Assembly: GCA_045606105.1 (NCBI GenBank)
Contig: JAZURI010000002.1
Span: forward strand, 32,001 to 96,000
Reading direction: 5' to 3'
Length of the DNA stretch: 64,000 nt
Origin: Spirochaetia bacterium
GTDB lineage: Bacteria > Spirochaetota > Spirochaetia > CADAEX01
The position numbers and the translations under genes are program-made. The notes beneath the pieces were generated by a model. That model ran no database searches. It worked only from the letters and a program-made list of their open reading frames with translations, and was not told the origin of the DNA. Of the stretch, positions 47,495-56,795 are shown piece by piece. Numbering within the stretch: the stretch's first letter is position 1; the number at the start of each line of letters is the position of its first letter.

Positions 47495-49347
47495 TCGTAG
47501 TATTTTTCCTTATATACGGCTCTCGGATAATAGTGCCTGAGTATTTCTTCAGCACTGTAGCCCTTGTCTGCCATACCGGCGGCACCGCACTGGCTCATTC
47601 CGAAGCCGTGTCCCCATCCGCCCCCTATAAAGGTGAAATAATCGGGAAGGCCGTTTTTTCCGTGTTCGTATTCACAGATAAACAGAAGGCTTTTAAGGCC
47701 GCCCAGCCTGGTTCTGGCCGATCTGCCGGGAATGATCATTTCGCCCCTGGTTCCCACCAGCTTCACATCCTGAACTCTGCCGCTGATGCTTCTTTCCAGC
47801 GGGATTATATCCTTGAGATATCCGATGGTATGCTCAGGATCTGCCAGATTCTGTATATCCTCGCGGGTTACATGGATTGCCCATCTGTAATCGGCAAAGG
47901 AGCTGTATGAATTTACGATACAGCTTGATTCAGGGGGATTTTTCAGCCAATCCTCAAGAAGGGCCGGTGAAAGGGGCTCCTTTCTCTTTTTTTCCATTAT
48001 ATCGGGAACCGGTACCATATAGCTGTTCTGTCCCCATATTCCTGAAGGCTCGTCCGAATATCCGCCGTCGTTATGTGAAAAATAGGCAATAAGAGGTCTT
48101 CCTGTAGGGGTAAGAAGAACGGTACCCCGGGTCTGGTCCACAGCTCTTGATGTCCGTACATCCTCCCAGCTGTAGCCCCTGTAGGCTGTGGCTGTAAAGG
48201 TTACATCGTAATCCCTGTTCTTTCTCTCCTGAAGCCTTGAAAGGATGAATGTCCTGGCTGCAATGGCCTGAGCCTTGAGGGATTCTGCCGGCCATGACGG
48301 AGATATTTCGCCGGGAACCACGCCGTAGAGATAATCATCGATATCCACATGGTTTACCACGGTTATCCTGCTGCTTCTTACAAGGAACTGCATGTTTCCC
48401 CGGTATATGGAACCGTCTCCCATGGTGGTAAGGACATTTCTGCTGCCGTATTCCATCATGCAGCTTTCCATAGTCGAAAATACAAGCTTATCCTTCCTGT
48501 CATAAAAAAGAAGCTGGCCCTTCCGTGTCTTTACCGTAAGGGTTGTACCTGCCTCACCTGTATATTTCTTTCCCGAAAAGATAAGCTCAAAGGGGGCACC
48601 GGACCTGAAAACCACGGATGAGCTTCCTGTGATAATGGCTGCCCGTACATTTATACCACTGGCTGCCGAGGTTTCTGCCGCAAGAACCGGCTTCTGCTGT
48701 CCCGAACCGCCTGTATGGAGAAGCTCCGGAACCCTGGTACCAGCATCTGTTTCCTTACTGAGCTCTTCAATCTTTTCCTTCAGGAAGCTGTAATCAGGTC
48801 TCTGTCCCAGGGCTTTTTTATAAAGGGTCAGTGCTTCCGGCTTCTTGTCAAGCCTTTCCTTTACCTCGGCCAGTGCAACAGCCGCTTCATAATAGGAGCG
48901 CTCAGTCTTAAGGGCACTTCCGAAATATTTTTCCGCCCCGGCCATATCCCCCGATGCCAGCGCACATCTTCCGGCACTGTAATGGCTGATTGCCTTGAAG
49001 ACATTGTTATTATCAAGCTTTGTATAAAATTCTGTAGCCTTGTCATATTCCTTGAGAAGCTCGTGGTACCGGCCGGTATAATAGGCCAGCTCCCCATCTC
49101 TTGTTTCCAATGGATAAAGCTCCCGGGCAATAAGGAGATCACCGCTTTTTACAGCTGCAATAAATCTCAGCCTGATGCTTTTTTCATCATCATAGCGTCC
49201 GAGAATACCGGCTGCCTTATGAGGGTAACCCGATTCAATGTAATATCTGGCTGTATTGTAGGTGTTTTCACGGTCGGAACCGAAAAGTACAGAGGGAAAA
49301 ACCGATAAAAGAAGGAGAAGCGGAAGAATTTTATTCTGTATTTTCAT
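47491..49347 (-). CDS. Exported TPR + SpoIID/LytB-domain protein
   Basis: Signal peptide, TPR helices, YLYGVVPGE, SLKAQAIAART, GWGHGFGMSQCGA, ILRHYY. Confidence 0.9.
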   Translation of the reverse strand: MKIQNKILPLLLLLSVFPSVLFGSDRENTYNTARYYIESGYPHKAAGILGRYDDEKSIRLRFIAAVKSGDLLIARELYPLETRDGELAYYTGRYHELLKEYDKATEFYTKLDNNNVFKAISHYSAGRCALASGDMAGAEKYFGSALKTERSYYEAAVALAEVKERLDKKPEALTLYKKALGQRPDYSFLKEKIEELSKETDAGTRVPELLHTGGSGQQKPVLAAETSAASGINVRAAIITGSSSVVFRSGAPFELIFSGKKYTGEAGTTLTVKTRKGQLLFYDRKDKLVFSTMESCMMEYGSRNVLTTMGDGSIYRGNMQFLVRSSRITVVNHVDIDDYLYGVVPGEISPSWPAESLKAQAIAARTFILSRLQERKNRDYDVTFTATAYRGYSWEDVRTSRAVDQTRGTVLLTPTGRPLIAYFSHNDGGYSDEPSGIWGQNSYMVPVPDIMEKKRKEPLSPALLEDWLKNPPESSCIVNSYSSFADYRWAIHVTREDIQNLADPEHTIGYLKDIIPLERSISGRVQDVKLVGTRGEMIIPGRSARTRLGGLKSLLFICEYEHGKNGLPDYFTFIGGGWGHGFGMSQCGAAGMADKGYSAEEILRHYYPRAVYKEKYYD

Positions 49348-50065
49348 TTTTCCTCTTTATTCCTGCAACCTTGGAGAAAATCCTGTCGATCTTGGCCGCT
49401 TCCTCCTTGCAGAGCATGGCCCTGGTGAAGATATCCCTGAAAAAAATCTGCATCTCCTCCGATCCGTCAATCTTGAAAAAGCCGATGCTTCTGAAATTTT
49501 CTATAAGATTTTTTGACACATCCTCAATTTCCTTTACGGAAACCGGGGTAAAGGCATGGACCGGCGGCAGCTTCTGGGATTCCCTGAAGATATGGTAACA
49601 GATGATCTGTACAGCATGGGAAAGGTTAAGGGAAGGAAAATCGTCCGATGTAGGGATGGCTATAACCGCATTGCACAGAGAAAGCTCCTTATCGGTAAGA
49701 CCATGCTTCTCGTTTCCGAAAACCACAGCAATCTCCCCCTCGTCGGTATGACAGAATCTCTCACACATCTCCTCCGGCAGGAAAGTACGGTATTTTCTTT
49801 TCTTTCCCTCTCTCCGGCTGGTCCCCACCGACATCACTGTTCCCTCAAGAGCCTCCTCAAGGGTAGGGGCAAAGACCGCATTCTCGAAAATATCAAAGGC
49901 ATGGACAGACATGTATTCTATGACCTTCCTGTCATATTCCTGCGGCTCGGCTATAACCAGCTTTTCTATACCCATGGTTTTCATGCTTCTGCACACGGCC
50001 CCAATATTTCCGCTTTCATCCGGATGGACAAGAACTATCCTTATCCTTTTCTTGATATCAGTCAT
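49331..50065 (-). CDS. trmJ: SPOUT tRNA methyltransferase, TrmJ/LasT family
   Basis: IVLVHP..GNIGAVCRSMKTMG, VFGNEKHGL, IPT..SLNLSHAVQI; start ATG 50065. Confidence 0.88.
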   Translation of the reverse strand: MTDIKKRIRIVLVHPDESGNIGAVCRSMKTMGIEKLVIAEPQEYDRKVIEYMSVHAFDIFENAVFAPTLEEALEGTVMSVGTSRREGKKRKYRTFLPEEMCERFCHTDEGEIAVVFGNEKHGLTDKELSLCNAVIAIPTSDDFPSLNLSHAVQIICYHIFRESQKLPPVHAFTPVSVKEIEDVSKNLIENFRSIGFFKIDGSEEMQIFFRDIFTRAMLCKEEAAKIDRIFSKVAGIKRKNENTE

Positions 50066-50072
50066 GAAATAC

Positions 50073-50101
50073 AATTTATATTAAATATTTCATTTGGGCA
50101 A
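50073..50101 (-). promoter_or_regulatory. sigma70 promoter of trmJ, apparently leaderless
   Basis: TTGCCC-17nt-TAAATT-gtatttc-ATG. Confidence 0.5.
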
Positions 50102-50127
50102 GAAATTTATGCAAAGTGATTTCCCAC

Positions 50128-50156
50128 TTGACTATCGGTGAAGTGCCTTGTAAAAT
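50128..50156 (+). promoter_or_regulatory. sigma70 promoter of the phoH operon
   Basis: TTGACT-17nt-TAAAAT, 15 nt before ATG 50172. Confidence 0.6.
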
Positions 50157-50171
50157 TCCATAAAGCCTGAG

Positions 50172-51122
50172 ATGACCGACAAATTTATCTGTGTCCTTGA
50201 TGACACGCAGCTTATACCCGAACTATGCGGCAGCAATGACCGCAACCTCAAAATCATAGAAGAGCATCTTAATGTTCCCGTATTCTGCCGCGGCAACGAG
50301 ATATTCCTGGAATCGCCCGACAGATCCAAGCAGAAGCTTTTCAGCCATGTCATCGAAAAAATGAGGGATTATGCCAGAAAGGGAATTTCCCCTGACAGCG
50401 ACATGATCACCACCATCTTTACCGAAGCGGAAACACCGGGCTCCGGACCTGAGGAAAGCGGAGACCTCTCCCTTAATGTACCGGGCAGCAGCAGAAGGAT
50501 TTTTCCAAGAAACAGGAACCAGATAAGAATGCTCAGTCTTCTTTCCGAAAAGGATCTTGTATTTGCCGTGGGTCCTGCAGGTACCGGAAAGACATATCTT
50601 GCGGTAGCAAAGGCTTTAAGCGAGATTCTCCATAAAAGGGTAAAGAAGCTGGTGATTACCAGACCTGTGGTGGAGGCAGGAGAAAGCCTGGGATTCCTTC
50701 CGGGAGACCTTGCCCAGAAAATCAGCCCGTATCTCAGACCTCTCTACGATGCCATGGAATCCATACTTTCACCGGAAGCGGTACTGAGACTCCATGAGGC
50801 AGGAGTGATAGAAATTGCTCCTCTTGCATATATGCGTGGACGAAGTCTGTCAAATTGTTATATAATACTGGATGAAGCCCAGAATACCACCCGGGAGCAG
50901 ATGAAGATGTTCCTTACCAGAATAGGGGAGAATTCAAAGGCTGTGATAACGGGAGACATAACCCAGATTGACCTTCCGGCAAAGAAAAGCTCCGGTCTGG
51001 TGGAGGCTCTGGAAATACTGAGGAATATAGAAGATATAGGCTTTGTGGAGTTTGCTTCCGGCGATATCGTCAGAAACAGGCTTGTGAAAAAGATCATTGA
51101 TGCATATGAAAAAACTAAGTGA
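50172..51122 (+). CDS. phoH: PhoH-family ATPase (YbeZ-like)
   Basis: GPAGTGKT, TRPVVEAGESLGFLPG, LAYMRGRS, ILDEAQN, GDITQID. Confidence 0.95.
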   Translation: MTDKFICVLDDTQLIPELCGSNDRNLKIIEEHLNVPVFCRGNEIFLESPDRSKQKLFSHVIEKMRDYARKGISPDSDMITTIFTEAETPGSGPEESGDLSLNVPGSSRRIFPRNRNQIRMLSLLSEKDLVFAVGPAGTGKTYLAVAKALSEILHKRVKKLVITRPVVEAGESLGFLPGDLAQKISPYLRPLYDAMESILSPEAVLRLHEAGVIEIAPLAYMRGRSLSNCYIILDEAQNTTREQMKMFLTRIGENSKAVITGDITQIDLPAKKSSGLVEALEILRNIEDIGFVEFASGDIVRNRLVKKIIDAYEKTK

Positions 51123-53310
51123 GATAATCAGGAACTTCAACTACCGCGAACATAAATTTCTCAAGATCACAATCCTTGTTTCCTTTCTGATAAATTTCCT
51201 CTTTATCGTTATTCTGGAAAGCAACAACAACTTTTCCGGCATCAAATCACAGTATCAGGCCGGTACCATAGCCCAGAAGGATATCGTAGCCGATTTTCCG
51301 TTCCAGTACATAGACAGTAAGGCCATGTCCAGGCTCAAGTATGAAGCTGAAAAGAAAACCGTCCCTGTCTACAAGGTCGATAACAGCATCTCCTCGGAAG
51401 TTCTGGAGAATTTCAATGAATTCAGCACCATCATGCAGGATTTCATCTCCGGAAATGTAAATTATGACAACTATTACACCCTTTCAGACAAGATGAAGGG
51501 GCTGGGATACAATTTCAATCCCGATTTCCTGGTTTCCATGGGAAAAAGCCCGGCGGCACTTTCTGTTCTGGAGCAGATAAGGATTATTCTCGAAGATGCC
51601 ATGAATGCCGGAATCATCGGAAACAATTCCCTTTCCTATGACAAGAACGGAACCATCGAGGTATGGAGATGGTACGATTCCGTAAGGGAGAAGGAGGATA
51701 TTGATATCGGTGATATCCTTACAGCCGACAAGCTGGCCTCCTATATCAGGTCCACCTACGGAAAATCCCTGGCTGACGAGGATCTTTCATCAGTTATCTT
51801 CTTTGTCAGTGAGTTTGCGGAGGAAAACCTTTTCTTTGACTACGATGAGACAGAGGCCAAAAAAAATGCCATCCTCGCCAATATCGAGCCGGTTTACAAA
51901 TCCGTATCGGCAGGAGACATCATAGTAAAGAAGGGCTTCCTGATTTCGGAATCTGATATCGAGAAGATCAGAATGCTCAGAAACAGCACAGGCATGAACA
52001 TAGAGAACCTTTTCGGTACATTCCTGTTCCTTCTGCTCATTTATCTTTTCAGCATTATAATTCTTTCCATGATAATGACTTCTTTGGCAAGAAAGCAGAG
52101 CTTTATCTTTCTTTTCATGATATTTGCACAGATACAGTTTGTCCTCATGCTTGTATTCCTGAAGATACCGCCTTATATCAGCACAATGAATGCAGCGCTT
52201 CTTCTTCCTACAGCCGCATTCTCCATGCTCCTTTCAATAGTCTGCAATGTAATGACCGGTACCTTCTTTTCAACTGTTTCCGCGCTTCTGCTTCTCATGC
52301 TTGACGTAAACAGCATACTTCCGCCTCTGTTTGTAGTACTTTCAGGGGTTACGGGCTCATTGGTGGTATACAAGTTCAACAAGAGGATAGATCTTATCAA
52401 ATCAGGTCTTTTCCTGAGTATAATGAACTTCATTTTTGTCCTTGTATTCAATCTTCTGCTTCCGCATACATGGAAAAATTCCCTGTTCCAGTGCATTTTC
52501 GCTTTTATCAACGGATTTGCATCAAGTATTCTCTGTCTCGGTATACTGCCTATACTGGAGCAGATCATGAATGTGCCGACCCTTTCCAGGCTGGCAGAGC
52601 TTTCAGACCTCAATACACCGATTCTTCAGAAAATGCTCCATATGGCATCGGGAACCTTCAACCATTCCATTCTGGTGGGCAACCTGGCAGAGACTGCCTG
52701 TAACGACATCAATGCCAACGGTCTTCTGGCCAGGGTAGGGGGCTACTATCACGATATCGGAAAGATTGACCAGGCAGAATTCTTTATCGAAAACCAGGAA
52801 GCCTACAACAAGCACGATTCCCTTTCACCGAGTATTTCGGTCTCCATCATAAAATCCCATGTGAAGTACGGTGTCGAAAAGGCAAAGGAGCTCAATCTCC
52901 CTCAGGAGGTTATCGATATAATTGCCCATCACCACGGAAACGGTCTTATTTCCTATTTCTACATGGAAGCCATGAAGCTTGAGGACAGGGCAAAGGTTAC
53001 CCCGGCCGCCTATTCCTACAACGACGGAAAACCGAAAAGCAAGGAGGAGGCTGTGGTTCTGCTGGCAGACAACGTGGAGGCTGCGGTAAGGGCTCTCAAG
53101 ACACCTACGGTTGATGATATCGAGAAGCGTGTGGACTCCATCATCAAAAGTAAAATCGAATCTGAACAGCTTTCCGACAGTGACCTTACATTCAGAGACT
53201 TGCAAATTATACGTGATTCCTTTATAAATACATTAAAGGGAATTCATCATTCCAGAATACAATATCCAAAACAGGAAGAGATTAATGAATTATCTGCAGA
53301 TTCAGATTGA
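51106..53310 (+). CDS. 7TM-HD phosphohydrolase (PgpH-like, putative c-di-AMP phosphodiesterase)
   Basis: Extracellular domain, seven TMs, GTFNHS, YYHDIGK, FFIENQ, HHG, LADNVEAA, RIQYP. Confidence 0.88.
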   Translation: MKKLSEIIRNFNYREHKFLKITILVSFLINFLFIVILESNNNFSGIKSQYQAGTIAQKDIVADFPFQYIDSKAMSRLKYEAEKKTVPVYKVDNSISSEVLENFNEFSTIMQDFISGNVNYDNYYTLSDKMKGLGYNFNPDFLVSMGKSPAALSVLEQIRIILEDAMNAGIIGNNSLSYDKNGTIEVWRWYDSVREKEDIDIGDILTADKLASYIRSTYGKSLADEDLSSVIFFVSEFAEENLFFDYDETEAKKNAILANIEPVYKSVSAGDIIVKKGFLISESDIEKIRMLRNSTGMNIENLFGTFLFLLLIYLFSIIILSMIMTSLARKQSFIFLFMIFAQIQFVLMLVFLKIPPYISTMNAALLLPTAAFSMLLSIVCNVMTGTFFSTVSALLLLMLDVNSILPPLFVVLSGVTGSLVVYKFNKRIDLIKSGLFLSIMNFIFVLVFNLLLPHTWKNSLFQCIFAFINGFASSILCLGILPILEQIMNVPTLSRLAELSDLNTPILQKMLHMASGTFNHSILVGNLAETACNDINANGLLARVGGYYHDIGKIDQAEFFIENQEAYNKHDSLSPSISVSIIKSHVKYGVEKAKELNLPQEVIDIIAHHHGNGLISYFYMEAMKLEDRAKVTPAAYSYNDGKPKSKEEAVVLLADNVEAAVRALKTPTVDDIEKRVDSIIKSKIESEQLSDSDLTFRDLQIIRDSFINTLKGIHHSRIQYPKQEEINELSADSD

Positions 53311-53770
53311 AAAGGGAGACCCCCCCTTACAACCCACAGTAGATGGGACGAAAATCAGGAAAACGGTAATAAAGGACTTTATTCTCAAGGTTCTTGATTA
53401 TCTCGGAAAAGACAAATGGGAATTATCCGTTCTTTTCTGCAACGACAGCTTTATACAGGAGCTGAACAGTGCCTACAGAGGCAAGGACGAACCTACAGAT
53501 GTCCTTACATTTGCCCAGGTAGACAGCGATATCCCTTTCCCGGCAAAGAATAACCGGTATTACGCAGGTGATATTGCAATTTCACTTGAAACACTTTCTA
53601 AGAATTCCAAGGCATTCGATGTATCTCCGGACGAAGAGCTTAAAAGGCTTCTTATCCACGGTATCCTCCATCTTGACGGCATGGACCATGAGGATAACGA
53701 ACCGGAAAGAGAAATGCTTGTTCTACAGGAAAAAATACTTCAGGACTTCAAAGGAGTGCAGCTGCTGTGA
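53285..53770 (+). CDS. ybeY: rRNA maturation endoribonuclease YbeY
   Basis: LNSAYRGKDEPTDVLTF, GDIAIS, HGILHLDGMDH. Confidence 0.95.
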   Translation: MNYLQIQIEKGDPPLQPTVDGTKIRKTVIKDFILKVLDYLGKDKWELSVLFCNDSFIQELNSAYRGKDEPTDVLTFAQVDSDIPFPAKNNRYYAGDIAISLETLSKNSKAFDVSPDEELKRLLIHGILHLDGMDHEDNEPEREMLVLQEKILQDFKGVQLL

Positions 53771-54555
53771 AAATCTCAGATTTTTTGAATAAAATGTTTC
53801 ACAAATCCGAATTCGACGAGGAAAGCTTCGGCAACCGTGACCTTAACCTCGAAGAAAAGGATATGATAAAAGGAATTGTGGATCTGGCCGAAAAGACAGC
53901 CAAGGATATCATGATTCCCCGCACCGATGTGGTTTTCATCCCTTCAGATGTTTCCAAGGATGAGATTCTCAAGATAATCGTGGAAAGCGGTTTCTCCAGG
54001 TTCCCTGTTTACGAGGAAACCATTGATAATGTAATCGGAATCCTTCACGTGAAGGATGTTCTCATGATGCTTGTAACAGGGCAGGATTTCTCCGTCAAGG
54101 ATCTTCTCAGAAAGCCTTATTTCATTCCGGATACAAAGAAAGTCAATTCACTTTTCCACGAAATCAGAAGAAAGAAATGTCATATTGCCATTATCGTTGA
54201 TGAATACGGCGGAGTGGCAGGAATCATCTGTCTCGAGGATATTCTTGAGGAGATAGTAGGTGAGATCCAGGATGAATTCGATGATGACGAGGAGGATATC
54301 CTTAAGGTAAGTCCTTCCGCTTATATCTGTGACACCAGGGTTTCCATTGATGACCTGAATGAAGAGCTTCATATAAATCTTCCGAATGAGGATTATGATA
54401 CTCTCGGAGGCTTTGTTTTTGAGCTTTTCGGAAAGATTCCGGTAAAATATGAGAAGAAATCCCATGACAATATGAATTTCATCATACAGGATGTGGACGG
54501 AAACAAGATCAAATCGGTCAAGATTGAATTGAACGTAAACAACAAACAAGGTTGA
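53767..54555 (+). CDS. CorC/HlyC CBS-domain protein (YbeX-like)
   Basis: IMIPRTD, GFSRFPVY, VDEYGG, EDILEEIVGEIQDEFD, YDTLGG. Confidence 0.92.
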   Translation: MKISDFLNKMFHKSEFDEESFGNRDLNLEEKDMIKGIVDLAEKTAKDIMIPRTDVVFIPSDVSKDEILKIIVESGFSRFPVYEETIDNVIGILHVKDVLMMLVTGQDFSVKDLLRKPYFIPDTKKVNSLFHEIRRKKCHIAIIVDEYGGVAGIICLEDILEEIVGEIQDEFDDDEEDILKVSPSAYICDTRVSIDDLNEELHINLPNEDYDTLGGFVFELFGKIPVKYEKKSHDNMNFIIQDVDGNKIKSVKIELNVNNKQG

Positions 54556-54580
54556 AATAAATTATTTTTAGGTTCATACT
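54552..54580 (+). promoter_or_regulatory. sigma70 promoter of the kinase-coaBC operon, apparently leaderless
   Basis: TTGAAA-17nt-CATACT-gatatt-ATG(54587). Confidence 0.55.
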
Positions 54581-54586
54581 GATATT

Positions 54587-55516
54587 ATGTTAAGAAAAGT
54601 CGGCGCATTTGCTCCCGGACATGTTTCGGGACTGTTCTACATGCAGGATAAAAGCAGCAACCCGCTTTACGCAGGCTCCCTGGGAGCCGGTTATTCGCTG
54701 CTTAAGGGTATTACAACAAACATTGAGGTAAAGAAGAGTCAGGATGAATGCGGAATCACCATCAACGGTGTCCACAGCGATGCTCCCGTAAGCCGGAAGG
54801 TCCTGGAACTTTTCTTCAATGAAATCAACGAAAAACCAATTCCTATTGACATAAAACATGTTATAGAAACACCGCAGGGTTCAGGTTTCGGTACCAGCGC
54901 AGGAGGTGCCCTGAGCCTTTCCATGGCACTGAATCATCTTTACGGTGAACCGCTGAACATGATCAATGCCTCCAAGCTGGCCCATGTGGCAGAGGTATGC
55001 TGCAAAACCGGTCTGGGAACCGTAATGGGTGAGTTCTACGGCGGATTCAGAATTCTTACCAAGGTCGGAGCTCCCGGAATAGGAGCCTCCCTTTCCATCC
55101 CTTATCCTGCCGATCTCTATTCCATGTGCGTGGTATTCGGGCCTATTTCCACAAAGGACTCCCTTTCAGACCCTGCAATCAGGGAACGGGTAATGGAGGC
55201 CGGAAAAAAATATCACAACCTTCTGAGTGAAAATCTGGATATAGATCATTTCCTTGAATATTCCAGGGCTTTTACCGAAGATACCATGCTCTATACTCCG
55301 GGAGTGCGTGCAGCTCTCGATTTCTTTACCGAAAGAAAGATAAATGCCAGCATGCTCATGTTCGGAGACGGTATATTTTCCATAATCCCAAAATCCATGC
55401 TGAAGGAAGCGATAAAGACAGCCGAGGATTTCAGCAGCCTCTGCAGCGGCATCAAGCCGGAAATATCCATATCTCGCATCGCAAAGCGCGGTGCCGGAAT
55501 AGTAAGCGAAGACTAA
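54587..55516 (+). CDS. GHMP kinase of the archaeal pantoate kinase family (COG1829-like)
   Basis: AFAPGHVSGLF, AGSLGAG, PQGSGFGTSAGGAL, AHVAEV..KTGLGTV, GAPGIG, ASMLMFGD; adjacent to coaBC. Confidence 0.85.
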   Translation: MLRKVGAFAPGHVSGLFYMQDKSSNPLYAGSLGAGYSLLKGITTNIEVKKSQDECGITINGVHSDAPVSRKVLELFFNEINEKPIPIDIKHVIETPQGSGFGTSAGGALSLSMALNHLYGEPLNMINASKLAHVAEVCCKTGLGTVMGEFYGGFRILTKVGAPGIGASLSIPYPADLYSMCVVFGPISTKDSLSDPAIRERVMEAGKKYHNLLSENLDIDHFLEYSRAFTEDTMLYTPGVRAALDFFTERKINASMLMFGDGIFSIIPKSMLKEAIKTAEDFSSLCSGIKPEISISRIAKRGAGIVSED

Positions 55517-55526
55517 GGAGAAGCCC

Positions 55527-56795
55527 ATGGCATACGGAATCCATCCTTCATTCGACATAACCGAATCCAGGGATACCACCCTCAGGGGAAAATCCATCAT
55601 TCTCTGTATAACAGGCAGTGTTGCTGCCGTACGGGCATCGGAACTGGCAAGACTTCTCATGAGAAAAGGGGCAAAGGTCTATCCTGTAATGTCTGCCGCC
55701 GCATGTTCCCTTATCGGACCCGACCTTATGGAATGGGCCTGCGGCTTCAAGCCTGTAACCACCCTTACCGGAGCTGTTGAACATGTGGCACTGGCCGGAA
55801 ACGTGGAGGGAAAAGCAGATCTGATTCTTGTGGCTCCATGTACCGCAAATACCATCGGTAAGATTGCAGGTGGAATAGACGACACTCCTGTAACCACAAT
55901 GGTTACCACAGCCCTTGGCGAAAAAATACCTCTTATAGTTGTTCCGGCAATGCACGAGCCGATGTACCGTCATCCATTCGTGATGGAAAACATAGAAAAG
56001 CTCAGAAATGCGGGTATTACCGTAATGCTTCCGAGAGTGGAAGAGGGAAAGGCAAAAATTCCCGACAACGAGCTTATTGCAGATACCGTAGTATCAGTTC
56101 TGTCAAAGGATAAGCCGCTCAAGGGTAAAAAAATACTGATAACAGCAGGAAGGACAGTGGAATATATTGATCCTGTCCGTGTAATAACAAACAACAGCAC
56201 CGGAAAAATGGGTTTTGCCATTGCCGAAGCGGCCCGTGACATGGGAGCCGAGGTTACAGTTGTTTACGGAAAGGGCTCCGTGGATTCGGTTCCTGGTGTA
56301 AAAATCATAAATGTTTCCACAGCTGAGGAAATGAAAAAGGGTGTGGAGCAGGAGCTCAGCTCTTCAGATTATGATATCATGATGGCGGCAGCGGCCGTGG
56401 GAGACTGGCAGCCGGTGGAATCATCAGAAACAAAGCTCTCAACCAGGGAGCATAAAAAACTGATTATGGAGCTTGTTCCCACACCTAAGATCATAGATGG
56501 CATAAAAAGCCGCTATCCTGAGGTATTCCTTGTTGCTTTCAGGGCTCTTCACGACCTTTCAGAGGATGAGCTGCTGGATGACGGCAGAAGAAGAATGGCG
56601 ATAGCTGATGCCGACATGATTGCCATCAATGATGTGTCAAAGGCAGGCCGGGGCTTCGGAACCGACACCAATGAAATGCTGGCAGTAAGCAAGGACGGCG
56701 AAATAAGAAAGCTGGAACTTGCATCAAAATATGAAATCGGAAAAAAACTTCTTAATATAGCTTTGGAGAAAATCAATGCAGGCAAAAATAATTAA
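55527..56795 (+). CDS. coaBC: Bifunctional CoaBC (Dfp), archaeal-type
   Basis: TGSVAA, EHVALAG, APCTANTIGK, PAMHEPMY, ITAGRTVEYIDPVRVITNNSTGKMG, AAAVGDW. Confidence 0.95.
   Translation: MAYGIHPSFDITESRDTTLRGKSIILCITGSVAAVRASELARLLMRKGAKVYPVMSAAACSLIGPDLMEWACGFKPVTTLTGAVEHVALAGNVEGKADLILVAPCTANTIGKIAGGIDDTPVTTMVTTALGEKIPLIVVPAMHEPMYRHPFVMENIEKLRNAGITVMLPRVEEGKAKIPDNELIADTVVSVLSKDKPLKGKKILITAGRTVEYIDPVRVITNNSTGKMGFAIAEAARDMGAEVTVVYGKGSVDSVPGVKIINVSTAEEMKKGVEQELSSSDYDIMMAAAAVGDWQPVESSETKLSTREHKKLIMELVPTPKIIDGIKSRYPEVFLVAFRALHDLSEDELLDDGRRRMAIADADMIAINDVSKAGRGFGTDTNEMLAVSKDGEIRKLELASKYEIGKKLLNIALEKINAGKNN

Noticed and set aside
50172-54555. phoH-7TM-HD-ybeY-corC cluster as a novel system
   Set aside because: A widely conserved housekeeping neighbourhood.
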